NCBI GenBank assembly: GCA_052168235.1
Contig: JBQLZK010000097.1
Location: 1-18,576, forward strand
Direction of reading: 5' to 3'
Origin: Thainema sp.
GTDB lineage: Bacteria; Cyanobacteriota; Cyanobacteriia; Phormidesmidales; Phormidesmidaceae
DNA length: 18,576 nucleotides
Below are positions 7,071-16,628 of the stretch, piece after piece (position 1 is the stretch's first letter; the number at the start of each line of letters is the position of its first letter). A program made the translations under genes and the position numbers. The notes below the pieces were generated by a model. It had not been told where the DNA came from and did not search any database. It saw only the letters and a list, made by a program, of their open reading frames with translations.

Positions 7071-9593
7071 ATGATCAAGCTAGGGTTTGGGATATCGGCA
7101 ATCACGTTGACAGGAGCAAGTCTGCTGCTGCTGCAACCCGCGATCGCAGATGAAATTGAGAGTCAATCTGTAGCACAACAGTCTGCTGCGACGACCGTAG
7201 ATGATTGGCTGACGCAGATTGCGCAGGCTGGACGGGTTGAGATTACCAATGTTCAGATTGAGGAAACAGCGGACGGTTTCACGCTGCGGTTAGACAGTAC
7301 GGGCGAGTTGGCTGTTCCCGCAACATCAGTAACAGGTAATGCTGCGATCGCAGATATTCCCAATGCGGTTTTGAACTTGCCGGACGGCGAAGACTTTTTG
7401 GTCAGTACCCCTGCCGAAGGGATTGCCCTGGTGAATGTCACCAATTTGTCCGGTAACCAGGTGCGGATTGCGATTACGGGCACCAATGCGCCGCCAGCGG
7501 TCAGCATCAGCACGGCAACCACCGGACTTGTGGTTAGCGCAACGGCAGGCGATCCGACCGCTCAAGCCCCTGATGATGACTCGATTCAGATTGCGGTCAC
7601 CGGAGAACAGGCGAACGATGATTACTTTGTGCCCGAAGCCAGCACGGCAACGCGCACAGACACGCCCATCCTGGATGTACCCCAGTCAATTCAGGTCATT
7701 CCCCAAGAGGTTCTGGAAGACCAGCAGATTCTGAGAGTTGACGATGCATTGCGAAATGTCAGTGGGGTTGTGGGTAGCTATGAAGCCTTTGGATCAGGAG
7801 CAGCCTTAACGCTGCGGGGATTTACAACCGACTCGTTTGCCAATGGGCCAATTTTGCGAGACGGCTTTCGCGTCTATGACAACTTGGGCGTGCAGGAAAC
7901 AGCTAACCTAGAACAGATCGAAGTTCTACGAGGCCCCTCTTCGGTCTTATATGGGCAAAACGATCCGGGTGGCATCATTAACCTGGTCACGAAACAACCC
8001 TTATTTGAGCCAGCGTATGAGCGACAGTTTCAGGTTGGCAGTTTTGGATTAATCCGTCCCAGTCTAGATATTTCAGGGCCGTTAACGGCTGATGATTCGC
8101 TGCGTTATCGGCTCAATGCGGTCTACCAGCAAGAAGATGGATTTCGAGACTTTGAAACCGACTCGGAGCGATTCTTTATTGCTCCTGTTCTCGCGTGGGA
8201 CATTAGCGATCGCACCACGCTGTCCCTGATCCTCGAATACTTGGACGATGAAGCTCCCTTTGATACAGGTTTAGTTGCGATTGGGGATCAGGTCGTTGAT
8301 GTTCCTCCGGGTCGCATTACTAATGAACCAGACGACTTCCGCCGCAGTGAATCCTTGACGCTTGGCTACAACCTGGATCATCAATTTAGTGACGACTGGA
8401 CATTTCGCAACGCTTTTCGCTATATCCAGCAAGACTATGCCTTAGAAACCTTTCTTCCCTTCGCCTTTGACGAAGCAACGGGCATCGTCACCCGCTTTCC
8501 GGCTGACCGACAATACAATTCTGATGATTATTCCCTGCAGACAAGTGTTACCGGAGACTTTTCAACGGGTTCCCTTGAGCACACTTTGTTGGTAGGTGTC
8601 GATTTGAACTTAAACCGCTTTGATGAACGATTTACCCGCGTTGATCTCAGCACGCCTGCACCGTTGGATATCTTCAATCCAGAATACGGCGTTACACCCA
8701 GACCGGATCTGAGCGGACTGACACCGTTTCAGCCCTTTGATACCGAGTACGATCGCATTGGTGTCTTTCTACAAGACCAAGTCTCACTCGGCAATTTCAT
8801 TGTGGTGGGTGGACTGCGCTATGACACCGTCGATTTTCGCGATCTGGGAGCAGATGCCAGTCGCTCCGATAGTGCCTGGAGTCCTCGGCTAGGAGTTGTC
8901 TATCAACCTGCTGAAAATGTCTCACTTTATGCCAATTACGCGCAGTCGTTTGTCCCTAGTTTTTCTAGAGGGATCGATGGCGATTTTCTAGAACCAGAAA
9001 CGTCAGAAGGTTTTGAAATTGGGGTTAAGGCTGAGCTCTTTGATGGCGACCTGCTGGCAACCCTAGCTTACTTCGACATTACCAAGCAAAACGTGGCAAC
9101 GGTTGCCGATCCGCTCACAGGTGCTTCAATTGCAACCGGAGAACAGCGCAGTCAGGGCATTGAACTGGATGTGTTGGGTGAGATTGTGCCGGGCTGGAAC
9201 GTGATTGGGTTTTATGCCTATACCGATGCCAGAGTGACGGAAGATAACGTCATCCCGATTGGCAATCGTCTGCCCAATTCGCCGCGCCACAGCACAGGAC
9301 TTTGGACCACCTACGAAATTCAGACTGGCGACTTACAAGGATTGGGCTTCGGTATAGGCGTCAACTACGTCAGTAACCGCTTTGGCAATTTGAGCAATGA
9401 CTTTGAAATTGGCGACTACTTCCTCACCAATGCAGCAGTCTTTTATGAACGCGACAATTGGCGAGCAGCGCTGAACGTAAATAACCTATCTGATGTGGAA
9501 TACATCACTACTACAAGTACCTTTAACCGCAATACTGGCATTAGACCCGGAGCGCCGTTATCTGTGGTCGGCTCAGTTTCTGTTCGCTTTTGA
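7071..9593 (+). CDS. TonB-dependent ferric-siderophore receptor (FhuA/IutA-like) with N-terminal AMIN domain
   Basis: Signal peptide, AMIN-like VEITNVQIEETADG...IADIPNAVL, plug motifs TATRTDTPILDVPQSIQVIP and EQIEVLRGPSSVLYG...PGGIINLVTKQP, beta-barrel, terminal Phe. 840 aa. Confidence 0.95.
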   Translation: MIKLGFGISAITLTGASLLLLQPAIADEIESQSVAQQSAATTVDDWLTQIAQAGRVEITNVQIEETADGFTLRLDSTGELAVPATSVTGNAAIADIPNAVLNLPDGEDFLVSTPAEGIALVNVTNLSGNQVRIAITGTNAPPAVSISTATTGLVVSATAGDPTAQAPDDDSIQIAVTGEQANDDYFVPEASTATRTDTPILDVPQSIQVIPQEVLEDQQILRVDDALRNVSGVVGSYEAFGSGAALTLRGFTTDSFANGPILRDGFRVYDNLGVQETANLEQIEVLRGPSSVLYGQNDPGGIINLVTKQPLFEPAYERQFQVGSFGLIRPSLDISGPLTADDSLRYRLNAVYQQEDGFRDFETDSERFFIAPVLAWDISDRTTLSLILEYLDDEAPFDTGLVAIGDQVVDVPPGRITNEPDDFRRSESLTLGYNLDHQFSDDWTFRNAFRYIQQDYALETFLPFAFDEATGIVTRFPADRQYNSDDYSLQTSVTGDFSTGSLEHTLLVGVDLNLNRFDERFTRVDLSTPAPLDIFNPEYGVTPRPDLSGLTPFQPFDTEYDRIGVFLQDQVSLGNFIVVGGLRYDTVDFRDLGADASRSDSAWSPRLGVVYQPAENVSLYANYAQSFVPSFSRGIDGDFLEPETSEGFEIGVKAELFDGDLLATLAYFDITKQNVATVADPLTGASIATGEQRSQGIELDVLGEIVPGWNVIGFYAYTDARVTEDNVIPIGNRLPNSPRHSTGLWTTYEIQTGDLQGLGFGIGVNYVSNRFGNLSNDFEIGDYFLTNAAVFYERDNWRAALNVNNLSDVEYITTTSTFNRNTGIRPGAPLSVVGSVSVRF

Positions 9594-9623
9594 GGTTGGA
9601 AAACATGGAATCATACAGGATAC

Positions 9624-10673
9624 ATGATGGTTAACTGCACCACTCTGCGGCTGCTGCTGGCACTCTGGCTTGCGGTTGCGATCGCATCTTGTCGCACAAC
9701 TGGAACGGCTATTCACACTACCTCCCAATCATCGCCCTCGACTAACTGCCGCACTATCGAGCATGCAGTGGGAGATACAGAAATCTGTGGTCAGCCGCAG
9801 AAAATCGTGGTGCTGGGTCCCTACGTTCTGGAGCCCCTGCTGGCTCTGGGAGTGCAGCCAGCCGCATTTGCGGATCACATGAGTGTGCATCAGGATGAGT
9901 ATGACAACCCCAGCCAGCAGATTCCCTACTTGGGCGATCGCATCACCCAGCCACTCGATAATCCTGGCTTAGCCTACAGCCCTTCCATCGAAGCGATTCT
10001 CAACGTACAGCCCGATCTGATTTTGGGGCTTGAGAGCAACAATGCCGAACAGTATGACACCCTCGCTCAAATTGCGCCAACGCTGCTGTTTGACCATGCT
10101 GAACCCGAGGAAAATCTGAGAATCATTGCCCAAGCCGTGAATCGGACTGAACAAGCGGAACAGTTATTGACAGAAACTGAACAGAACATTGCTGCCGCTC
10201 GTAAAGCCTTCGCTCCCTTGGTTGCCAGCCATCCTAAGATGCTGTTGCTCAGCTCATCGGACTTACAGGAGGTGTATATCGGCAATTCGACCTATGGCCT
10301 TTGTTCTTCACTGCTAGAAGACTTGGGATTTCAGTTGGTCATGCCGTCTGAATTTGATGACACTGAATCGGATTTAAGGGTGCCTGTCTCCATCGAAACC
10401 CTGCCACAGTTGAACGATGCTGACTCCATTATTTTATTAGGCAGCAATTTTAGTGAGCTGAAGCAACTCAACGGTACCCGTGAATTCGAAGATCATCAAC
10501 TAGCTAATTTGAAACAGGCATGGGAGGGAAATGCGATCGCACAATCTCTCGATGCCAGCAAAGCCGGACGCGTGTACTTTATTCCGGCCTACCTGTGCCT
10601 GGGCTTACCTGGCCCAACTGGGACAGAACTGTATCTCAATGAACTGCAAAACCAACTTAATCCAGCTCAGTAA
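9624..10673 (+). CDS. Iron-siderophore ABC transporter substrate-binding lipoprotein (FecB/FhuD-like)
   Basis: Lipobox-like AIASC, IEHAVGDTEICGQPQKIVVL, LLALGVQP, PSIEAILNVQPDLILG, YDTLAQIAPT, LDASKAGRVYF. Confidence 0.92.
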   Translation: MMVNCTTLRLLLALWLAVAIASCRTTGTAIHTTSQSSPSTNCRTIEHAVGDTEICGQPQKIVVLGPYVLEPLLALGVQPAAFADHMSVHQDEYDNPSQQIPYLGDRITQPLDNPGLAYSPSIEAILNVQPDLILGLESNNAEQYDTLAQIAPTLLFDHAEPEENLRIIAQAVNRTEQAEQLLTETEQNIAAARKAFAPLVASHPKMLLLSSSDLQEVYIGNSTYGLCSSLLEDLGFQLVMPSEFDDTESDLRVPVSIETLPQLNDADSIILLGSNFSELKQLNGTREFEDHQLANLKQAWEGNAIAQSLDASKAGRVYFIPAYLCLGLPGPTGTELYLNELQNQLNPAQ

Positions 10674-10730
10674 CCTCAACGGAGATCCCAACGACAGCGA
10701 GAGTTTTCATATTCACATCGTGCACCACAA

Positions 10731-10781
10731 CCGAAGAGGGCATTTGGCTGCTGCATCGCAGCAGCCAAATGCCCTCTTCGG
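10731..10781. repeat. 24-bp perfect inverted repeat (3-nt loop) between convergent fecB-like and tonB genes
   Basis: CCGAAGAGGGCATTTGGCTGCTGC-ATC-GCAGCAGCCAAATGCCCTCTTCGG. Could serve as a bidirectional terminator or be a REP-like element. Confidence 0.8.
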
Positions 10782-10858
10782 GATTTTCTTGGTTTACAAG
10801 GCGCTTTAAGCTCATCTGCGCCAATAGACTTGCCACAGAATCCAAATTGATAGCGTCA

Positions 10859-10898
10859 CCGCGGCTAGGATCACTAGCCAGTGATCCCAACGCTGCGG
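10859..10898 (-). terminator. Second stem-loop downstream of tonB
   Basis: GGATCACT-AGCC-AGTGATCC with outer CCGCGGC/GCTGCGG pairing. No clear U-tract. Confidence 0.35.
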
Positions 10899-10925
10899 AT
10901 CGAAGCCCGTATTATCCATACACCA

Positions 10926-12740
10926 TTATTCCTCTCCGCCAGAAGGTGTCGGCGGTGGTGGAGCGGGTGCGGGCACTGGCGGCGGTTCGGGAGCTGGCGC
11001 AGGAGCGGGCGCTGCGGGTTTTGGTGCAGGTGGTGGCGGCGCGGGTGCGGGTCTTGGTGCAGGCGGTGGTGGAGCGGGTGCAGGCGGCGGTTCGGGAGCG
11101 GGCGCAGGAGCTGGGGCAGCCGGACGTGGTGCTGCAGACGGTTGCGCCGCAGGGGCAGGTCTCGGTGCAGCTGATGGAGCTGGAGCAGACGGTTCCGCTG
11201 CCGGGGTCGGTGAGCTAGATTCCGCCGGTTGGGGTGCGGGTGCAGATGGAGTCGAGCGAGGCGTTGGTCGAGGAGATGAACTCGATGCAGGTGCTGGCGA
11301 ATCGGACTCATCCGCTGGCTCGTCTGCGTTTGCATCAGAAGAAGTAGAGTTTGGCGTCTCAGCGGGTTCTGGTGCGTCGTCATTAGAATCGGTGCCAGCG
11401 TCATCAGCAGCGTCATTACCAGAATCACTATCAGTGCTGTTATCTGGCTCATTATCGGGTTCATCCGCGTCTGCGGTCGGTGATGAACTCGGACGCGGCG
11501 ATGAGTTCGACGGCTCTGGTGCAGCCGAGGGAGTTGAAGTCGATTCCGCCTCTGCCGTATCCTGACTCGGTAGCTCAACCGAACGTCGCTCACCTCGCTG
11601 GCGAGCACGGCGGTTTTGGCGCGATCCTTCAATCGTCAGGTCATACTCAATTGGGACACTGGCTCCACCCGAAACTGGATTAAAGCGCGATCGCTGAGCT
11701 GCTTCAATTGCCGCTCGATCAATATCTGGATTGCCACTAGAGCGCGTCAGCGTCACACCGCGCACTGAACCATCATCATTAATCTCAACCTGAACCCGAG
11801 GCTGGCCTTCTGCACCAGACTCCAGCGCTTCTTCGGGATAATCAGGCGTGACACAATCCTCGCACGCAACGGTTCGAGATCCCCGTCCCTGACCTGAGTC
11901 ACTGCCTTCGCTCGAATTTGAGCCAGTTCCGCCAGGCCCCCGCGCCACATTTGCATCTTGTCCTTGACCCTCATCAGAACCATCCTCGGAACTGCCGGAT
12001 TCAGACGATTCAGACGTTCCATCTGGCGACCCATTCGCGCTGGTTCCTTCGTTTGACAATCCTGGTCGAGCGGCTCGACTCGCTTCCAGTTGGTTTAGCA
12101 GATTACGAAAGCGACTCAGCCGCGACTCAGCCTCTGCTTCAGCTTCCGGATCTGGAACAGCTGCGACCTCTGTCTCTTCTTCTGGTTCCTCTTCCTCTGC
12201 TGTTGTGTCTTCTGTTACGTCTTCTGTCTCTTCTTCCGGCTCTTCTTCCGTTTCCTCTTCGGGTTCTTCCTCTTCTTCCGGTTCTGTTTCAAACTCAGAT
12301 TCAACGGCTGTATCGACTGGCGGTTCCTCTGGTTCGGGTTCTGGCTCTGGTTCGGGTTCTGGCTCCTCAATCGGAGGTGTATCCGTTACAGGTGGCGCAG
12401 TTGGCGGCAGCACAGCAGCCGGTGGAGCCGCTGGAGCGGCGGCAACTGTCTCTGGAGCCGCTGCAGACGCATCCGTTGTTTCGGTGCTTAGCTCCGCTGG
12501 TGGCACCTCCTCCAGATCCTCAACGGGCAGCGGCTCTGGCTCAGGAGTGGGGTCAGCCGTGATGATCAATTCGATGGGGGTTGACTCTGCTTCTGCTGGT
12601 CGCTGCCAGATACCCAGTAAGCTCACTGCATATGCGATCGCATGTAGCACCACCGAGCCGACAAAGCAGTAGAGCAAAAACTTGCGCAGAAACGTCTGCT
12701 CACGGTCATACTGCTGCGCACAAATATCAGAAAGACTCAT
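10926..12740 (-). CDS. tonB: Energy transducer TonB with long Pro/Glu linker and C-terminal low-complexity extension (604 aa)
   Basis: N-terminal TM with SVVLH (SxxxH), (PE)n linker, TonB_C domain PDYPEEALESGAEGQPRVQVEINDDGSV...SSGNPDIDRAAIEAA. Divergent from exbBD. Confidence 0.92.
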   Translation of the reverse strand: MSLSDICAQQYDREQTFLRKFLLYCFVGSVVLHAIAYAVSLLGIWQRPAEAESTPIELIITADPTPEPEPLPVEDLEEVPPAELSTETTDASAAAPETVAAAPAAPPAAVLPPTAPPVTDTPPIEEPEPEPEPEPEPEEPPVDTAVESEFETEPEEEEEPEEETEEEPEEETEDVTEDTTAEEEEPEEETEVAAVPDPEAEAEAESRLSRFRNLLNQLEASRAARPGLSNEGTSANGSPDGTSESSESGSSEDGSDEGQGQDANVARGPGGTGSNSSEGSDSGQGRGSRTVACEDCVTPDYPEEALESGAEGQPRVQVEINDDGSVRGVTLTRSSGNPDIDRAAIEAAQRSRFNPVSGGASVPIEYDLTIEGSRQNRRARQRGERRSVELPSQDTAEAESTSTPSAAPEPSNSSPRPSSSPTADADEPDNEPDNSTDSDSGNDAADDAGTDSNDDAPEPAETPNSTSSDANADEPADESDSPAPASSSSPRPTPRSTPSAPAPQPAESSSPTPAAEPSAPAPSAAPRPAPAAQPSAAPRPAAPAPAPAPEPPPAPAPPPPAPRPAPAPPPPAPKPAAPAPAPAPEPPPVPAPAPPPPTPSGGEE

Positions 12741-12769
12741 ATCACCAACGGCTCATGACGGGCAATGCG

Positions 12770-12819
12770 AATGCAAATAAATCTCAATGAGAGATCTACT
12801 ATCAAGAATAATTTTCAAT
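12770..12819 (-). promoter_or_regulatory. Two Fur-box-like sites upstream of tonB
   Basis: AATGCAAATAAATCTCAAT (12770-12788) and ATCAAGAATAATTTTCAAT (12801-12819). Confidence 0.65.
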
Positions 12820-12975
12820 CTTATGCGGTTTCACTCAGAATGTGAACCCATATTCGAGATAAAAAGTGAATTCCAAAAATGGGATTATATAACAATCTCA
12901 AGAATTGACAGCTTTTCATCTAGACGACGGATGAAGAACAGCAGATATAACAATCCATAAACTTACTCAATAGGC

Positions 12976-13026
12976 TTGACATTTGTTCCCAGATCAGACC
13001 TAATACTATTGCTAGTCTTTCTCATC
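12976..13026 (+). promoter_or_regulatory. Candidate exbBD promoter with Fur-box-like site
   Basis: TTGACA at 12976-12981, AT-rich -10 region near 13001-13009 (spacing imperfect), ATTGCTAGTCTTTCTCATC at 13008-13026. Confidence 0.5.
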
Positions 13027-13144
13027 TGAAATATGGGATGGTGGCGGCAATAACCATTGGGATCACCATTGGAAAAGGATTTGAAAAGGATGTGGCTCTT
13101 GACGAGTCAGTCCGCTGAGCTACTTTACGATGAGCACTTGACGT

Positions 13145-13795
13145 ATGGGAACGATATTCGCGGCTGGCGGCATTGTCATGTGGCCGCTACTGATTTTTTC
13201 GATTATTGCGATCGCACTGATTATCGAGCGCTTTGTTTTTTGGTTTTGGATTAACCGTCGGCAGCGGCGGGTGATGCAGGATATCCTGCGCATTTATCGA
13301 CACAGCCCGCTAGAGGTTTTCCCGAAGCTGAAGCAAAATGCCGATTTGCCAGTTGCTCGTGTTTGCCTGGAAGCCTTGGCCATTGAGGGAGCCAGCCCCA
13401 AGCAGTTTCATCTAGCACTGATGAGTGCAATGCAGGCCGAACTACCGCGACTGCGTCGGTTTAGCACGGTCTTCAGCACGATTATTAGTGTTGCGCCGCT
13501 ACTGGGTCTGCTAGGGACAATTCTCGGTCTGATTAATTCATTTGCGTCATTAAATATTGGTGACATTGGCGGCAGCAACACGGCGGGAGTGACTGGCGGA
13601 ATCAGCGAGGCGTTGATTTCAACAGCGGCTGGCCTGGTGGTTGCAATTTTCACACTGCTGTTTGCCAATCTGTTTCGCGGTCTCTACAAGCGCCAAGTGG
13701 CCATGATTCAGGAATATGGTGGACAGCTAGAAATTCTGTACGAAGATCATCACGAAGTTCTGTATCCGAAGGGGGAAGCTCATGTATCTGCCTGA
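13145..13795 (+). CDS. exbB: ExbB (MotA/TolQ/ExbB proton channel)
   Basis: GGIVMWPLL, APLLGLLGTILGLI, GISEALISTAAGLVVAI motifs. Confidence 0.95.
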   Translation: MGTIFAAGGIVMWPLLIFSIIAIALIIERFVFWFWINRRQRRVMQDILRIYRHSPLEVFPKLKQNADLPVARVCLEALAIEGASPKQFHLALMSAMQAELPRLRRFSTVFSTIISVAPLLGLLGTILGLINSFASLNIGDIGGSNTAGVTGGISEALISTAAGLVVAIFTLLFANLFRGLYKRQVAMIQEYGGQLEILYEDHHEVLYPKGEAHVSA

Positions 13796-14210
13796 GGAAC
13801 AAGATGATTCTTTTGAACTAAATATCGTGCCGATGATTGATGTCATTTTTGCGATTCTGACATTTTTCATCGTCTCGACGCTGTTTTTGACGCGCTCGGA
13901 AGGTCTACCCGTTAATTTGCCTAAGGCCGCAACGGCTGAGACGCAGCAGAAGACCAGAGTGACCGTCACGGTGGATGAAGGTGGCGAAATTTCGCTGAAC
14001 CGGCAAGCAATTGAACTAGACAATTTGCAGGCGGGCGTACGGGCGCTAATGGACGAGACGCAAAGCGCCATTGTGGTGATTAACGCCGATGAATCGGTCA
14101 GCCACGGTCGGGTCATTGCCGTTATGGATCAGCTGCGGGAAATTGAAGGGGCCAGTTTAGGCATCGCTACTCAGCCCGGTTCAGCGCCTGATGCAGCTCC
14201 ATCTGATTGA
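13782..14210 (+). CDS. exbD: ExbD biopolymer transport protein
   Basis: LNIVPMIDVIFAILTFF with conserved TM Asp, VNLPKA, INADESVSHGRVIAVMD. Overlaps exbB by 14 bp. Confidence 0.95.
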   Translation: MYLPEEQDDSFELNIVPMIDVIFAILTFFIVSTLFLTRSEGLPVNLPKAATAETQQKTRVTVTVDEGGEISLNRQAIELDNLQAGVRALMDETQSAIVVINADESVSHGRVIAVMDQLREIEGASLGIATQPGSAPDAAPSD

Positions 14211-14260
14211 TTAATATCCAGTCGGTCTAGAAATTCTCAACCACCTTCAGTCCAGTCATA

Positions 14261-15277
14261 ATGCCGTTTGCTTCTTCCCAGCTACAGTTCAAGCAGTCAC
14301 CGATCGGGCTGATTCTCGGTTTAGGTATCGGGATTGCTCTTCTTGGTCTCTGCTTTTTAGCCAGCGTTCTGTTTGGGGCCGCCGACATCAGTCCAGTCAT
14401 GGTATGGCAGGCCCTAACTGAGTTTGATGGCTCGACCAACCACCTGATTATTCGGACGGTGCGCCTCCCCCGAGCCATCATGGCGGTTGTGGTGGGCGCA
14501 GCACTGGCTGTCGCTGGAGCCATTACTCAAGGACTGACACGGAATCCTCTCGCTGCCCCTGATATTCTGGGGATCAACGTGGGAGCAGCCCTAGCAATGG
14601 TGCTGGCTGTCTTTTTCGGGATTGGTAGTGGGGCAGTAGGCTTTGCGTTTGTCGGAGCTGCGATCGCAGCCGTGACCGTTTACTGGCTGGGTTCAATGGG
14701 GCGCAGCGGCCTTACACCGCTCAAGCTAGTCATTGCCGGGGCTGCGCTGTCTTATCTGCTGGGATCAATCACAACAGGGGTCTTGATCCTGAGTCAACGA
14801 ACCCTAGATGAAATCCGCTTTTGGCTAGCGGGGTCACTGGCGGGACAAGATATGGCTAGTTTGCTGCCGATTTTGCCCTACATTTGTGTGGGACTGATCG
14901 GTTCCCTGGCCCTCGGACGACAGCTCACGCTGCTATCGCTCGGTGAAGATGTCGCTCAAGGACTGGGCTTGCAAACGGTCTGGATCAAAGTTGCCGCTGC
15001 TGTCACGGTGGTATTGCTGGCAGGTAGCTCGGTGGCGCTGGCTGGCCCAATCGGCTTCGTCGGCTTGGTCGTGCCCCACGTTGTCCGGTTTGGTGTCGGC
15101 GTAGACTATCGCTGGATTCTGCCCTACGCCATGCTTGCAGGCGGCATCCTGTTGTCAGTTGCTGACATTGCAGCACGACTTATCATTCGTCCCCAAGAAC
15201 TACCCGTCGGCATCATGACTGCTCTCGTCGGCGCACCATTTTTTATCTACTTAGCGCGATCGCAGATCAAACGGTAG
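14261..15277 (+). CDS. fecC: Iron-siderophore ABC permease, FecCD family (FecC-like)
   Basis: [63 protein letters not shown]. Confidence 0.9.
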   Translation: MPFASSQLQFKQSPIGLILGLGIGIALLGLCFLASVLFGAADISPVMVWQALTEFDGSTNHLIIRTVRLPRAIMAVVVGAALAVAGAITQGLTRNPLAAPDILGINVGAALAMVLAVFFGIGSGAVGFAFVGAAIAAVTVYWLGSMGRSGLTPLKLVIAGAALSYLLGSITTGVLILSQRTLDEIRFWLAGSLAGQDMASLLPILPYICVGLIGSLALGRQLTLLSLGEDVAQGLGLQTVWIKVAAAVTVVLLAGSSVALAGPIGFVGLVVPHVVRFGVGVDYRWILPYAMLAGGILLSVADIAARLIIRPQELPVGIMTALVGAPFFIYLARSQIKR

Positions 15278-15309
15278 TCGCCCCTACAGATGTATCTATA
15301 GACTTGTCT

Positions 15310-16359
15310 ATGTCCTCCACGAAACCCTGGATTTCCATCCGACCGCGACGATCACCTGTGTCTTTTAGGATCGATCGGCGGGTACCTATCACTATAGCTG
15401 CGCTGGTTGGAATCGCTTTGCTGTCGTTCATTTTCAACGTCAGTCAGGGAGAATATCCGGTACCGCCCTTAGAAGTGGTGAAAACGATTCTGGGACTGCC
15501 TGCTAACCCAGACTATGAGTTTGTCATCAACACGCTTCGTTTGCCCCGCGCTCTAGTGGCGCTTCTGGTTGGTATGGGTCTAGCTACAGCGGGCACAATC
15601 TTGCAGGGATTGACTCGCAATCCCCTCGCTGCCCCTGAAATTATTGGCATTAACTCAGGAGCCAGCTTGGTTGCTGTTGTTTTGATCGTGTTGCTGCCAC
15701 AGGTTCCCGTTGGCTGGCTGCCCGTAGCCGCTTTTCTAGGTGGATTAGAAGCTGCGATCGCAATTTATCTCTTGGCCTGGAATCAAGGCAGTTCACCAAT
15801 TCGTCTAATCCTGGTGGGCATTGGTCTAACCGCCCTGACGGGAGCCTGCACCAGTCTGATGATTACCTTTGGCGACATCTACAACGTTAGTCAAGCTTTG
15901 GTATGGCTAACTGGTAGCGTCTACGGTCGCAGTTGGGAGCACCTGTGGCCATTGCTGCCGTGGCTGATTGTTTTTATGCCCCTGTCGCTAGTGCTGGCGC
16001 GAGATTTGGATACGCTCAATCTGGGTGACAACCTAGCTCAAGGGCTTGGTAGCCGAGTGGAATGGAATCGTAGCCTGCTTTTGCTCTGCACCGTTGCCTT
16101 GGCTGGTTCATCAGTTGCCACGGCTGGCACGATTGGTTTTGTGGGATTGATGGCTCCCCACGTAGCCCGTCAACTGGTCGGGCCATCCCACGCTGGACTG
16201 ATCCCCGTTGCCGCCCTGACGGGAGCTTGCATTGTCGAGCTGGCGGACTTAGTAGGCCGCTTGGTATTCGCGCCGATCGAGCTACCCTGTGGCGTCATCA
16301 CCGCGATTGTTGGCGCTCCCTATTTTTTGTGGCTACTGTATCAGCATCGAGATCGCTAG
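15310..16359 (+). CDS. fecD: Iron-siderophore ABC permease, FecCD family (FecD-like)
   Basis: [71 protein letters not shown] at 15310 preferred over TTG at 15304. Confidence 0.9.
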   Translation: MSSTKPWISIRPRRSPVSFRIDRRVPITIAALVGIALLSFIFNVSQGEYPVPPLEVVKTILGLPANPDYEFVINTLRLPRALVALLVGMGLATAGTILQGLTRNPLAAPEIIGINSGASLVAVVLIVLLPQVPVGWLPVAAFLGGLEAAIAIYLLAWNQGSSPIRLILVGIGLTALTGACTSLMITFGDIYNVSQALVWLTGSVYGRSWEHLWPLLPWLIVFMPLSLVLARDLDTLNLGDNLAQGLGSRVEWNRSLLLLCTVALAGSSVATAGTIGFVGLMAPHVARQLVGPSHAGLIPVAALTGACIVELADLVGRLVFAPIELPCGVITAIVGAPYFLWLLYQHRDR

Positions 16360-16393
16360 CCTATGTTATGTCAAGTTTGTGTATAAGAACCTA

Positions 16394-16444
16394 ATTTATT
16401 TTTTGTGAAACGTTTGTGGAGCAAACGTTTCACAAAAAATAAAT
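16394..16444. repeat. 23-bp perfect inverted repeat after fecD (terminator and/or REP-like element)
   Basis: ATTTATTTTTTGTGAAACGTTTG-TGGAG-CAAACGTTTCACAAAAAATAAAT. Confidence 0.8.
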
Positions 16445-16583
16445 GGTGGATTTTCAATCAGAAGTGATATTAGGTAGCAATCCCCCCTTGTAGCTGCCAA
16501 GTACTCGACGTGCTTTTGCCTTTAACTGACTGGCATGTGGATAACGTAAGTAACGTGGCGTTCAGTTTCTGCTAAGCTGCCAT

Positions 16584-16602
16584 AATGAGAATCAATTTCA
16601 TC
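16584..16602 (+). promoter_or_regulatory. Fur-box-like site of araC-2
   Basis: AATGAGAATCAATTTCATC ends 26 bp before the ATG, the same spacing as at araC-1 (5754-5772). Confidence 0.65.
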
Positions 16603-16628
16603 TATTTGACTTGTAGCTAATAACGAGT

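Noticed and set aside
10769..12790. Long alternative ORFs over tonB (10769-11218, 10874-11632, 10881-11174, 11918-12562, 12205-12672 and others)
   Set aside because: Shadow frames of GC-rich, low-complexity Pro/Ala/Glu codons that lack stops; no protein-like motifs.
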